The translations under genes were made by a program, and so were the position numbers. The notes beneath the pieces were generated by a model. That model made no database searches and had not been told where the DNA came from. It saw nothing but the letters and a program-made list of their open reading frames with translations. 64,000 nt of DNA from Phaeosaccion multiseriatum (lineage: Eukaryota > Protista > Ochrophyta, other classes): the NCBI GenBank assembly GCA_965112735.1, contig OZ218962.1, positions 2,418,001 to 2,482,000 of the forward strand, in the 5' to 3' direction. Shown in pieces: positions 13,375 to 24,929 of this stretch. The first letter of the stretch is position 1. Each line of letters starts with the position of its first letter.

Positions 13375-15169
13375 ATGGTACCAGGCCGGATCGCTGCTGG
13401 CCTGGCCTTCGGGGCTGTGGCAGGCCTACTATGCATCGGTGCCCTGGACGACGGGGTGATCCTCACCATGGATGTCAGCCTCCAGGGAGTCGAGGGCCTT
13501 GGTTCGCTCAAGCTGGTGATGCGGGAGGGGGAGACGCCACGGCAGGCCGCAGAGGATTTTTTGCGAGAGCAGAAAGAGCAGCAGTTGAATGGTACGACTA
13601 GTATGGGCAACGGTGGAGGTAGTAGCGGTGGCTTTGACACGAGTACTCTCCTCCTGGAAGAGGACGTTGTACTGGAGATGATACCACAGCTCGCTCGGGC
13701 CCTGCACGAGCAGCTGGCCAGGGAGCTCACCGCGGAGAGCCAGGGCATGATGACGGTGCTTCCCGTCAACATCAACGGAGAGGAGCGCTTCCTGGAGCAC
13801 CGGATCCACTACGATCATGAGGAGGAGGCGAGGGAGTTTTGCTCGGAGGCGGGGATGCGGGATGCGGACTTGGTATCGTGCACGGTTCAGCTGCAGGCTC
13901 TAGTAGAAGAGCAGATGGCGGAGGAGGAGAGGCGGCAAGTTGGAGAGGAGGAGGAGGAGGAGGAGGAGGAGGAGGAGGAGGAGGAGAAAGAGGAAGAGCA
14001 ACAAAAACAAGGCGCGTGGGAGGGTCATGATGCAGCAGCAGTAGGAGCAGCAGCAGGAGCAGTGGGTAGTACAGCAGGAGAAGAGGAGCCCCTGCTCGCC
14101 CTCCCCGTGTCAGTACCTTGGGCCAGTAACGCCGACGGAGGCCCTGACCGAGCGGCGGTTCTGACCTACCACGCCAATCAGACACCACTTCAAGCTGTAT
14201 CGCTTTTCTGTAACGACCTCACGCCCCACGACCCCTCCGTGGCGACTTCCTCCTTCTTGGAGTGTGTGGAGTGGTCTCTAGACGTGCTGCACCAAGCCTT
14301 ACGAGACATGGCAGACATTGCGGACGACTTCAATGCAGCAGCAGCAGCAGCAGGAGGAGGAGGAGGAGGAGGAGGAGGGATGGTGGCCAAAGCAAATGCG
14401 GCAGTTGGGGATACAGCAGCACTGGCAGCGGCGGCAGCGACAGCCATCTTCCGCGTGCCAGTCGCTGTGAACGGTATCGACGTTGAAATTTACATAGTAC
14501 GGGACTCCACACCTCGGGAGATGGCCAGACTTACCTGCCAGCAAGCGCAATTGGGTCTCTCGACCCCCCAAGACCAGGAGGAGTGTGAGGCGGGGTTGGC
14601 CAATATCGCGGCCGAAGTGGTCCGATTTATGGTAAGGGAGGAGCTCGAGATTATTGCATACGATAGGGCCCGGGACCGTGAGGCGGCCGCAGCAAGGACA
14701 AGGAGTGGAGCACCACAGGGGCAGCAAGTCGGGAAGGGGAGCATGCCACAAGAACAGGAAGGGGGCCGGGAGGAAGGGATGGAGGACACTGACGCAAGAG
14801 CAGCGGCAGTAGCAGCAGGACCCAACGTTTCAGAAGAGGTGCTGTTCAGATTCCCCATCTCCCTGGCGGGCACGGATGCCTCCGTAGATCTCCGAGTGGG
14901 CGAGACCCCGGCCGGTGCTGCGGCGCGATTCTGCCTGGCCAATGTGCCCCTCCTCATCGAGGCCATGGCTGCTGCGGGCCTGCCGGCAGGGGCAAGGCTC
15001 GAGGAAGAGTGTCAGACCATCGTGGAGGGCGCCGTCGATGACGTGCAGGAGGGATTGCGGGGGCGGGAGGGACAGGACGAGGGGAAGGAGGGGATGGTGG
15101 TGGATGGTGCGCCTGCCGCTAAGGAGACCCGGGGGGGGCTTGTTGAGGCTGGGGTTGGGAGGAGGGAAG

Positions 15170-15210
<41 letters not shown>

Positions 15211-15474
15211 GAGGAGGAGGAGCAGAAAGTGCTGCTGAGCATTCCCGTGGTGCATGAAGGTGACGTGTCAGGGAATCCGCTGCCCCTGTTGGTACTCAAG
15301 GGAGATACCCCTTACTCTGCGGCACATCGCTTCGTCGTGGCCCACGGAATGCTGCCAGCGCTACCGAAGGCGGAGGAGGAGGGGGAGGGGAGGGGGGAGA
15401 CTGACGCTGCTCTGTTGGTTCAACTGACGGCAGCCGTGGCCGAGCAGATGAGGCTGGCACAGCTTGTTGTATGA
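13375..15474 (+). CDS. Intronless secreted/ER-targeted protein (~699 aa) with six copies of an unnamed ~60-80-aa domain
   Basis: Long uninterrupted ORF. Hydrophobic N-terminus MVPGRIAAGLAFGAVAGLLCIGA. Repeated pattern hxhPVxhxG...hxhxxGxTPxxAAxxFC separated by poly-E/Q/A/G linkers. Confidence 0.85.
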
Positions 15475-16722
15475 ACGGGGGAACAGCGAGGAAGACTTAA
15501 GCACATCGTAACTGACACTCATATTATACAGGGCACCTCCCTGGCTGACTATCCAATACTACTTCATCACTTATCGAAGAGTCCATGTATCTCTACAGTG
15601 CTTTCATGGTTTCCTTGTTTGCTAGGACGCCTTTGTAAGTCACTGGCAACGCATCGGGGCAGGGCGCGCCTAGTGACTAATTGAGGTGTGCGGTAGTAGG
15701 GTGACAGAGAAAGGCCAGGCCAGAGGGAGGTCCCATGTCATTAGCGGCCTCTGGTGAGTATCACATCAGACTCTTATCCACTCTTCTCAAGTGAGTATGG
15801 GCATTGTGTGCCATTCTCACAGGAAGCAAATGACAACCAAAGCTTGGGCCCAAGGCGCCCAGCAGCAGGACTTGTTATCTTGTTCGACTTCCCATCCTCT
15901 TCTCTTCGCAACCGAAAAGACACCACATTTTGATTGCTCCCCTCCTCGCTCGCACCGCCCAATGACGCACACATGAGCAAAACTCGCTCGTTTGATCCCC
16001 CCTTCGCTGGCTTCGCTCTCCAAGGGTGGGGGGTGGATATGTGGATATAGCTTCAAGGGAGGAAGGGAAGCCAATGAAAAGCAAGATGGAGCTCGTCGTG
16101 GTTGTGTCGGCATGCCCCATCCACAGAGGAGCGAGGACTGAGCACACCCCTTTACGGGGGCTCATTGCTCCCCGCTAATCTGTGGTTACTGTACAATGGA
16201 AAGGACTCCACAAAAAAGGGCGGGAAACTAACTTTACTTCTGCACGTTTTTAGTTTTGCATTTGTGTTGCTTGTTGCACCGCTGGCCGGTGGGGGGAGAC
16301 CTGATGCCTCGAGCTAAGTAAGATTACAGCGAAGAGAGCTGTGAAGGTGAGCAAAAAAAAGAGAGAACCACACACAAACTCCCAAACAAAAGGAAGTAAG
16401 TGAGGCGGGCTGCTGCTGCTTCTCTCTGTTGTGTGCCTCTTGATTGCGGTCACTGCCGAGGGAGGTGTGGAGATGCAGCCTTTGTCTCGCTGCGCTTCTC
16501 ATCGCCTCCTTCAATTACCTTCGCTTTGCTTTGTCTTACGTCCCCCCTCCTGCCCCTGCTGCGTCCTTTGCATCCCTTCTTTACTTCCCTTCTTCTCGTA
16601 CACGTCCCTTCTCCACGAGACCGAGTCAAGCAGTCAATGCTTGACCCTGGTACTAGTCAAATAGTACCCCCACACAGGCAAAAATATCAGCATCAGATAT
16701 CCGCATCAACCCCGCCATCCAG

Positions 16723-17331
16723 ATGAGTGAGGTAGTCCAAACCCACCTACTGCGAGACTCCTCCTCGCCACTGTCCGGCATCGTCGAGCAGCAGCAGCAG
16801 CAGCAGCAGCAGGAGCAGGAGCAGCGCTCGACTATGGCTCTGTGGGAGCTTCAAGACGGCAGCGATGACAGCGACAGCAACTACGCGACGAGAAGGAAGA
16901 GACGTAGGGAGGAGGAGGAGGAGGAGGAGGAGGAGGAGGAGGAGGAGGAGGAGGAGGAGGAGGAGGAGGAGGAGGAGGAGGAGGAGGAGGAGGAGGAGGA
17001 GGAGGAGGAGGAGGAGGAGGAGGAGGAGGAGGAGGAGAAGGAGCAGGAGGAGAAGGAGCAGGAGCACGAGCAAGGCCGAGAGGCTCATTATTTGTCCGCC
17101 CAACACTACCATCACCACCACCACCGCTGCAAGGAGAAGGAAGGGGAGCCGGAGGAGCAGGAGGAGGAGGGAGAACCCCCAAGGAAGCGTCGGAAGCTGA
17201 TGATCACCGAGGAGGAGGAGGAGGAATCTTCCAACAACTCCTCCTCCTCGGATGAGTGCTCAGACTGCATCTCCGACTGCCCAGACTCCGACGCCACAGT
17301 TATCGACTGCTTCGACTCAGACTACATATAG
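16723..17331 (+). CDS. Putative small acidic nuclear protein (poly-Glu, NLS-like motifs)
   Basis: ATG-initiated 202-aa ORF with ~44 consecutive Glu and the basic clusters RRKRRR and PPRKRRK. No recognisable domain; largely (GAG)n-derived. Confidence 0.4.
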   Translation: MSEVVQTHLLRDSSSPLSGIVEQQQQQQQQEQEQRSTMALWELQDGSDDSDSNYATRRKRRREEEEEEEEEEEEEEEEEEEEEEEEEEEEEEEEEEEEEEEEEEEKEQEEKEQEHEQGREAHYLSAQHYHHHHHRCKEKEGEPEEQEEEGEPPRKRRKLMITEEEEEESSNNSSSSDECSDCISDCPDSDATVIDCFDSDYI

Positions 17332-17831
17332 CTTAGGCCCCGGGCGGGGAAATGGAGATGGAGATGGCTGTAGAGGGGAGGTGGAGACCGACAGAGGACC
17401 AACTTGAAGGGGGCAGGGCGACGACACCTACCTCTCCTATGGAAGGCTTGCTTGTGCTCCACCAGCTAAACAGCTTCTGACACTAGAAGTACTAGTAGTA
17501 ACATACACATACATAAGAGGTACTAGGTGACAATAAATCATTTGTATTTCCGCAAGTTATTGTATGACCACATCACTGCCTGCCTTGCTCCAGCGCTTCA
17601 TTCAGGACCCTCGGTTCAAACCCAGCGCGACAGCTCATCCCCTCCGACCGAGCGACGAGTGCTCCCGTCGGGGCCCAAGAAGTACCCGCGCTTTGGACTA
17701 CCCCCCTCGGGCATCGTGGAATCCTACGGATGCATACTCCCCGAGGGGTGCCTCCCTCCCCGAGAGGGGGGGTGGGGGCGAACCCCTCGCGGAGCCCTCG
17801 CCAGAGCAGTGCGAAGCAAAAAGCGCTTCTC

Positions 17832-17867
<36 letters not shown>

Positions 17868-18707
17868 ACTACTACTACTACATTTACTACCACTACAACC
17901 ACTACTGCCGCTGCTGCTGCTGCTGCTGCTGCGGCTCCTGCTACTCCAGCTTTCACGCTAGAGCGGGGCATTGGCCCAGTGGGGGCCATTGATGCCTCCA
18001 TTCCTTCAGCCGTAGAATAGCATCTAGGCAGGCCTATGTTCTCCCAACGCTCGCTCGCCACACACTCATGCTGGAGGGGGGGGGGGGGCTCTGATACCAT
18101 CTGATACCATATCCCGTCCGTCTTGGCCACACTCCCTTCTTACACTTCGGCCCCAAGCCACGCGTTCTCCCCCGAGCTGCGCTTGAGCTGCCATCCCTTC
18201 TTGGGCCTAGGGGCTGAGCTGCAATGCCCTCTTAAGATGGATGCTTGCTCGTTTCCTGTTCGCCAAGTGGGAACGAAGACACCAAGGCCCCTGAGGGGCT
18301 GTTTCCGCTGCTCTTCCCTCCGCTTGCTTCTTCCTTGCGCTCGTCAGAGAGAAGGCGCTGATTCTGATTCTGATTCTGATTCTGATTCCGATCGCATCGC
18401 AGACAGTCACGAAGGAGGGCCGTGCATGTACGGCATGCGTGTATTTGTGTGTGTCCTTCTTTCTCCTCTTGTGTGACAGCAATAGCGGTAGGACGATAAT
18501 TCCGATCGCCGATCGATGGATTCCGCGGGGGCACGGAACCCCTTGCAAGCTTTCTCCTCTTCTCGCCCGAAAAAAGAAAAGCACTGTTGCCCACTGTTGC
18601 CCTTTGGCTCCCCGGCCTTCTGAATCAACATATATTCGATCCGTAAATGCGTCCCCGTTCCGATCCCGCGTGTGTAAGAGAAGCGCAACCGCCACGATCA
18701 GTATCAA

Positions 18708-19990
18708 TCAAGACGCGCAGGTTGCCGTCCCACCCCGACCACTCGCACCACCACCACTGCCTCCTCCATCGCCGTGCGTTCCATCACCCTCCTTCGTGCA
18801 AGCCCAGCGCACGCTGAGGAGCTCCCGGATGTTGGCCTTTCCATTGTCGAAGGTCTCAAGGATACGACAGCTCATCTCTCCCTTCGACCGAGCGGCGAGG
18901 CGTTGGCGGAAGTGACTAGTGCTACCGCCGGTGCCGAAGTAGTACCTTTGGTTTCGGTGTGTGGGTGTGCGTGTGTGTGTTCGTGTGTGTGTATGTGCGT
19001 GCGTGTGTGTATGTGTGTGTGTGTTTGTGTGTTTGTGTGTGTTTGTGTGTGTGCGTGCGTGTGTGTGTATGTGTGTGTGTTTGTGTGTGTGCGTGCGTGT
19101 GTGCATGTGTGTGTTTGTGTGTGTGGGTGCATGCGGTTTGCATGATGCGTGAGCGAAATGCAGGAGGGGAGAAGGGGAGGGACGGTGAAGAGGCGGCAGG
19201 AGATGAGAGAGAGAGTGCAGATGAGGATCAAATGATAAAATGAGAGGACAGAGAAAGGAGAGCGTACATTTCCGGCTAGAGAGAGTGCGAAAGATCGAGA
19301 GAGAGAGTGTGGGTAACAGAGAGAGAGTGCGTGGGTGAGAAGGAGACAGAGAGAGAGGGAGCAGAGGGAGAGAGTGGAGGGACAGAGAGTAGAGGGAGAG
19401 AGAGGAGAGGGAGAGAGAGGAGGGGGAGGCAGTGGAGGGAGAGAGAGCAGAGGGAGAGAGAGTAGAGGGACAGAGAGTAGAGGGAGATAGAGCAGAGGGA
19501 GAGGGAGTAGAGGGAGAGAGAGTGGAGGGAGAGAGAGTGGAGGGAGAGAGAGTAGAGGCCGAGAGATTGGAGTAGAGGGAGAGAGAGTGGAGGGAAAGAG
19601 AGTAGAGGGAGAGAGAGTAGACGGAGAGAGAGTAGACGGAGAGAGTAGAGGGAGAGAGAGTAGACGGAGAGAGAGTAGACGGAGAGAGTAGAGGGAGAGA
19701 CATTGGAGTAGAGGGAGAGAGAGTAGAGGGAGAGAGAGTAGACGGAGAGAGTAGAGGGAGAGAGTAGAGGAGAGAGTAAAGGATCACGTGCACCTCGCAC
19801 ACACCTCTTGGCGGCGATGAGAGCCTCTGAATGAGGGTCTCCGCGGTCGAGATGTGTGAGAAGCATGGTTATGAGCTTCTCCGTCACCCCTTCCGTGTAA
19901 ATCGTCTCAGCGCTGAGAATCAAATGGAATTTTCCCTGCTCGACATCAGGCACACGTAGACGCACATACATGAGATTTTGTTTGCGGTAG

Positions 19991-20057
<67 letters not shown>

Positions 20058-21767
20058 GTCGTCGTCGTCGTCATCATCAGCAGCAGCAGGAGGAGGAGGA
20101 GTAAGGTATATAAAAAACTGTAACTGTAAACGTAACTCTATCCCTCCCCTGATCTTCCTCCCTCCCTCCCCTCCTCCTCTCCCCCCCCTCTCTCTCCATC
20201 TCCATACTATGACTACCTTGTTCACGGCGTCCTCCTCCTCTAACATGGCGCTGAGTTTGTCACCCCAGCTTCCGCTGTAAAAGGCGGCGTTGGACTGCAG
20301 AGGAGCGTCTACGTTGAGCGCAACGTTGGGGGCTGTGGCCAGCTCCAGAACCTCGCTGGGGAGGGAGGAGTGAGTACGCAGCCCGTGTGACCCCAGATGG
20401 GGTGAGTTGGGAGAGGGGGGTTGAGTGTGAGCGCGAGTGTGAGTGTACGTGTGAGTGGTGGTGGTGGTGATGGTGGTGGTGGTGGTGGTGAGTGTGAGAA
20501 TGAGTGTGAGTATGAGTGTGAGGCGTGGTGTGAGCGAGCGTTTAGGAGTGTGAAGGAGGGAGAGGGAGAGGGAGAGGGAGAGAACTAAGGAAACGACGCA
20601 CCCATTATAGTCGGAGAAGGACACGTGCGCACCGGCCTGCATCGCGATGATGCCGGGGAAGCCTGTGTGCGTGGGGGGGGGAGGGGGGGGGGCGCACGGA
20701 GGGGAGAGAGAGCGCGTGGGGGGTTGCGGCTCATTGAGGCATGGACAGCATGGACAAAGGCAACACACTACACTCCAACGCTTCTCCCCCCTCCCCCAGA
20801 GGCTTCTCTAAGGGGGCATCTCTCCCCTCCTCCTTCCGAGCCTTGTAGCGGAGGCCCCACCTCCGTCTCGCCTTTCTTACTCACCATGCCCGCAGCCGAG
20901 CTCTAAGACGGCTCTTCCTTTCAGTCGCGACCCTCGCAACAGTACTGGAGCCGCTCCCTCCGCCCCTCCTCCTACTTCCCCTCCTCCTCCTCCTCCTCCT
21001 CCTCCGCCCCCTCTTCCTCCTCCTCCTCCTCCTCCTGCTCCTCCTCCTCCTCCTCCTCCTCCTCCTCCTCCTCCTCCCCCTCCTCGGGGGACTGAAGGTA
21101 CTCGTGCGGCCGCTGCATCCCCTCCCCCACCCCGCTGCAGCTGATACCTCACGAGGTCTAGTGAGCACTCCCACACCTTCTGCCCGCCCTCCCACTCCCC
21201 AGGAATGAGGTCTGTAGCCTCGGGCAGTATGGGGTACGCTGCCATGTGTGAGTGGGAGGGTGGAGGGGTATATGGGTAGAGAGGACGGATTCGTGAGGAG
21301 GGTGCGGTATTGTGACTGTGTACAGATAGAGGGAGGTTCAGGTTCAGGTGAGGATAAAAAAGCCAGAGAGAGAGGGAGGGCGCGGGGGGCGAGGGAGGGA
21401 GGGAGCGGGTGACATCAGAGAGAGAAAGGATGACCAAAGCACACTACGCACCTGCATTTGGCGCAACGGACCTTCGAAGGGAGACCATTCTCGCTGCTTC
21501 TTCCCCTGCTGCTCCGGCTCCTGTCCCTGCTTCTGCTTGGCCCCTAGAATCTACAGGGCCAACCCTGATTTCCAATCGCTCGAAAGAGGCTGGACAGGGG
21601 TGGCCTGCACGTCACAATAGGATCCCGGGGTCGGGGCGAAGGCACACACAAGGGAGGTCAAGACGTGGGGAGGTGGATTGGTGCACAAGGCCAAGCTGGG
21701 ATGAAGAAGGCGGAGTACATGAAAAGAGAAAGAGGGGAATGAGAGAGACCAAGGTTGAGTGGAGAAC

Positions 21768-21851
<84 letters not shown>

Positions 21852-22075
21852 GAGAAAGATGGAGGGGGAAAGGGAGGGAAAGAGATCCTGACAGCAGCCA
21901 AAACGAGAGTCGAGGAGCTCGTCGTACCAAGAAGATTGAGCCTTCGCGGTTGAGCAGGCGACGTCTCATCGTCGTCAACCTCCTCTTTGCGTTCGTCAAG
22001 CACTTCCGCGGTCGAGACATCTTCCTCCTGCTGATGCTGCGTCTGCTCCTCCAATGCAAAATCAAAGCGGAACAT
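18708..22075 (-). CDS. METTL18: Histidine protein methyltransferase 1 homolog (METTL18/Hpm1 family), ~407 aa
   Basis: Exons 22075-21928, 21604-21452, 21238-20885, 20662-20602, 20355-20217, 19935-19805, 18945-18708 (1224 nt, in frame). Signatures [63 protein letters not shown]. Confidence 0.9.
19370..19780 (+). repeat. Degenerate (GAGAGAGTAGAGG)-type minisatellite in METTL18 intron
   Basis: Visible tandem purine-rich units of 15-17 bp. Confidence 0.85.
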
Positions 22076-22199
22076 GCTTTCTCAAGCCAAGCAACACGAG
22101 GTTTTCCGGTTTTCCTCCCTCTCTCAACGTGTTGGTGATCCAACCCCCCTCCACCTTACCCTTATGTTTTAACCTTGCCCTTCCACCTTACTCTTTCTA

Positions 22200-24415
22200 G
22201 ACGACGGGTCTGATGTGGAGGGTGATGATTATCCCCAGGATAGACAGCTTCACTCTGCTGCAGACAAGGGGCACTTGGAGGTGGTGAATCTGCTGCTGGA
22301 GCGGGGCGCGGATGTGCGCGCTCAGAACTGACGCGCAGGGGAGTCATCCTTATGCCGTGCTGCTGCGGCTGGATATATGAAGTGGCGCCGGCTCTTCTGG
22401 ATGGTGGAGCAGACGTACATGCTGCGTGCAGTCAGCGGCGAGCACCGCTCCACCTGGCGGCGGAGAAGGGACACGCGGACGTGATGACTCTGCTGCTGCG
22501 TCGCGTCGCACGAGTGCATTCTACATACAGGTGGTGAGGTGGACAGCGAACACCCCTTCACACTTGGCCGGAGAAGGGGCATGTGGAGGTGATGACTGTG
22601 CTTTTGGATCATGGTGCACGCGTGAATGCTCGGGCTGCGTGGGGGCGTCTCCCATGTGGCCCTGTGCTTTCCCCCCTTTGAGGCACTGGAGCTTCTCGTC
22701 CAGCGTAGCGCTGACCCCTTTGCCAAGCAAGGCGCTCTTGTGCAAGCGGCCGTCGCCGCTCGGCCAGACAGAGCGAGGGTGGAGAGTTTGCCCAAAGGTG
22801 CGTCTCTTTCTGCTTGGCAGCCTGCCTGCCTGCCTGCCTGCCTGTCGATCTGCCTGCCTGTCAGTGTGCATGTCTGCTGCCTACCTGCCTATCACTCTGT
22901 CGATCTCTCTCTGTCTCTCTGCCCGGGGCCCCGTCTTCTGTAGAGCATGTATGCCTCTGTACCATTCGGTCAGATCAGTGCTCCCCACCTCCTCGCGTGT
23001 TTCCAATGATGCCTGACCTCTCATTCTTCCTTTGCATGGCAATGGCACTCTACCTGCTCTCCTCAAGGCCACTCTCACCCCTTGTTGTCTTGACTGCCCT
23101 GTTCCATGCTCCTCCCTCCCTCCCTCCCGTAGCTGCGCGCCAGAGACCAGGAGTGCGCGTTGCCTGAGCTTGGGCCTGCGGATGGGCAGGCCTCCTGTTG
23201 GTCATATCTCTCGCGTGAACGTGTCTCCGATCTGTCCTGTGTGGCTTGTCCAGCGGTTGGCTGTACATTACTGTCTGTGCGTGGCTCAGAAAATCGCCAG
23301 CGGGTCTGTTTTTCGAGAATGTGTCTTCCGCAGGGGGGCCGTCGAGTAGCTCGCTCACTGCTGTGACTGTCAGGGCGTTGCTACGCGAAGGCCTTTATTC
23401 TGCGTTGGTCATACGGTGTGCCGTGGCTGCAATGACTATCCGGACGTGGCTATGGCAATGGACGTGGCTTCGGGTACGGGCAATGGACGTGGCTTCGGGT
23501 ACGCAGTCCTTTTTTAAGTGGCCGTGCTGCTGTTAGTACTACGCGGTGGTGGGGTGCAGTTACGTGAGGCCCAAGCACTGGCGTTGCAAAGGAGATGCAT
23601 GCCAGCGGTGATAATCGTGGGGACCCTCTTCGAGCTCCTGGAGATGACGAGTGCTTCAGTCAGTATCACGTACTTCCTCCACGTGGTAAGGTCAGCTGTG
23701 CTGTTTCGTGCTGCATTCCCTCCTCCTGTGGAGCCGCAGTGGAACGAGTGGGGCCACCGCAGCGAGGAGGAGAAGGAGCTGGACCACAACAGCGAGGAGA
23801 AGAGCAAGAAGAAGCGGAAGAAGAGCAAGAAGCCTGCCCCTGCATCTCCACCACCAGCCGCAGCAGCAGCTCCGCCGTCAGCACCCTCGGCCTCTCTACG
23901 TCCTTCATCAGCACTGGGGCTGGCACCACCAGTAGCCACCCCTGAGAGACGCTGCCACTCTGCAAATCGCACAAGCCGTCATTGACATCATCCTCGCCAC
24001 CGCCACCACCTTCTACGGCCCCGTCAACTTTCGCAGCACCATCGCCAGAGGCAGCACCATTGAAAGAGGCAGTGGCATTAGCGCGGGTCGTGCTCTCAAC
24101 AGCACCACCTGTGCCAAAGACAGCAAGCTCAGCTCTGTTTTCGACAGCGTCCGTGGTGCACTCCCCAGCTGCAACGCTGCCACCACCCGTCCTGTCGACC
24201 GCTGCCGCTTCACCGGAGCCGCAGCAGGCTTAGCAGCAGCAGCAGCCTCTACAAGAGTGCCTCATCTGCTGGGGCGGTGTTCAAGAGTCAAGTAGCCAGT
24301 TCTTTCTCATTCCCTGCGGGCACGGCCCCTACCACGAAGGCTGCGGGGCGGAGGAGAGTGCCCCACCTGCCGAGAAGCTGTGAGGGACGTTCTTCGCATC
24401 TTTGGGTGCGAGGGA
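22200..24415 (+). pseudogene. Disrupted ankyrin-repeat / TM / C-terminal RING finger gene
   Basis: Ankyrin remnants LHSAADKGHLEVVNLLLERGADV (then TGA at 22329), PLHLAAEKGHADVMTLLL, and frameshifted EKGHVEVMTVLLDHGARVNAR. In-frame TAG at 24231 in a CAG run precedes RING ECLICW...LIPCGH...GC, with a frameshift before CPTCREAVRDVLRIF. Confidence 0.75.
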
Positions 24416-24929
24416 GGGATGGCCTTTACGGGGGGGGGGGCCTTCATATATAGATCGATATCCAGTGTCGAACATCGATTTGTCTCAACACTTCATCCAT
24501 ACAGCGAGGGTCTAATCTCTCTTCTCGTTCGAGTGCTCCTCAGCGCAGGCCACTCACAGCAATAATAAAATTACGTGTATTTTGTTTTTTTTTAGTTTAC
24601 AGCAATCGCACACAGGGTGCGCGACGCGTGTGTATCACTTTATATGAAGTTTTGACCTGTTGACTCACTCTTTCGACGTCAACTGCCATTGCTATTGACG
24701 CCCCTGCCCGCCCCTCCCCCCCGCCCCCCCGGGTCTTTGCTGCTCTTGCACGGCCACCACACTCTCGTGCTCTTACAAAGAGACAGCAAGACTCCCTCAC
24801 GCCCGCCTCCGCCCTCCCGTCCCCTTCCCGCCCGTTCAGTGCCCACACGCCAGCAACAACGCAGAGCAAAAAACACTATGGTACGCCAACCTCAAAACAA
24901 CGTCACAGGTATCGAGCAAAACTCAATGC

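Noticed and set aside
18088-18110. TGGTATCAGAGC on the minus strand, identical to the tRNA-iMet primer-binding site of many LTR retroelements, with a 10-bp duplication
   Set aside because: No adjacent LTR ending in CA, no paired LTR, and no gag/pol ORF visible.
17527-18700. Several 100-185-aa ORFs downstream of METTL18
   Set aside because: Driven by (CTG)/(CTA) repeats, with no consistent splice model or domain.
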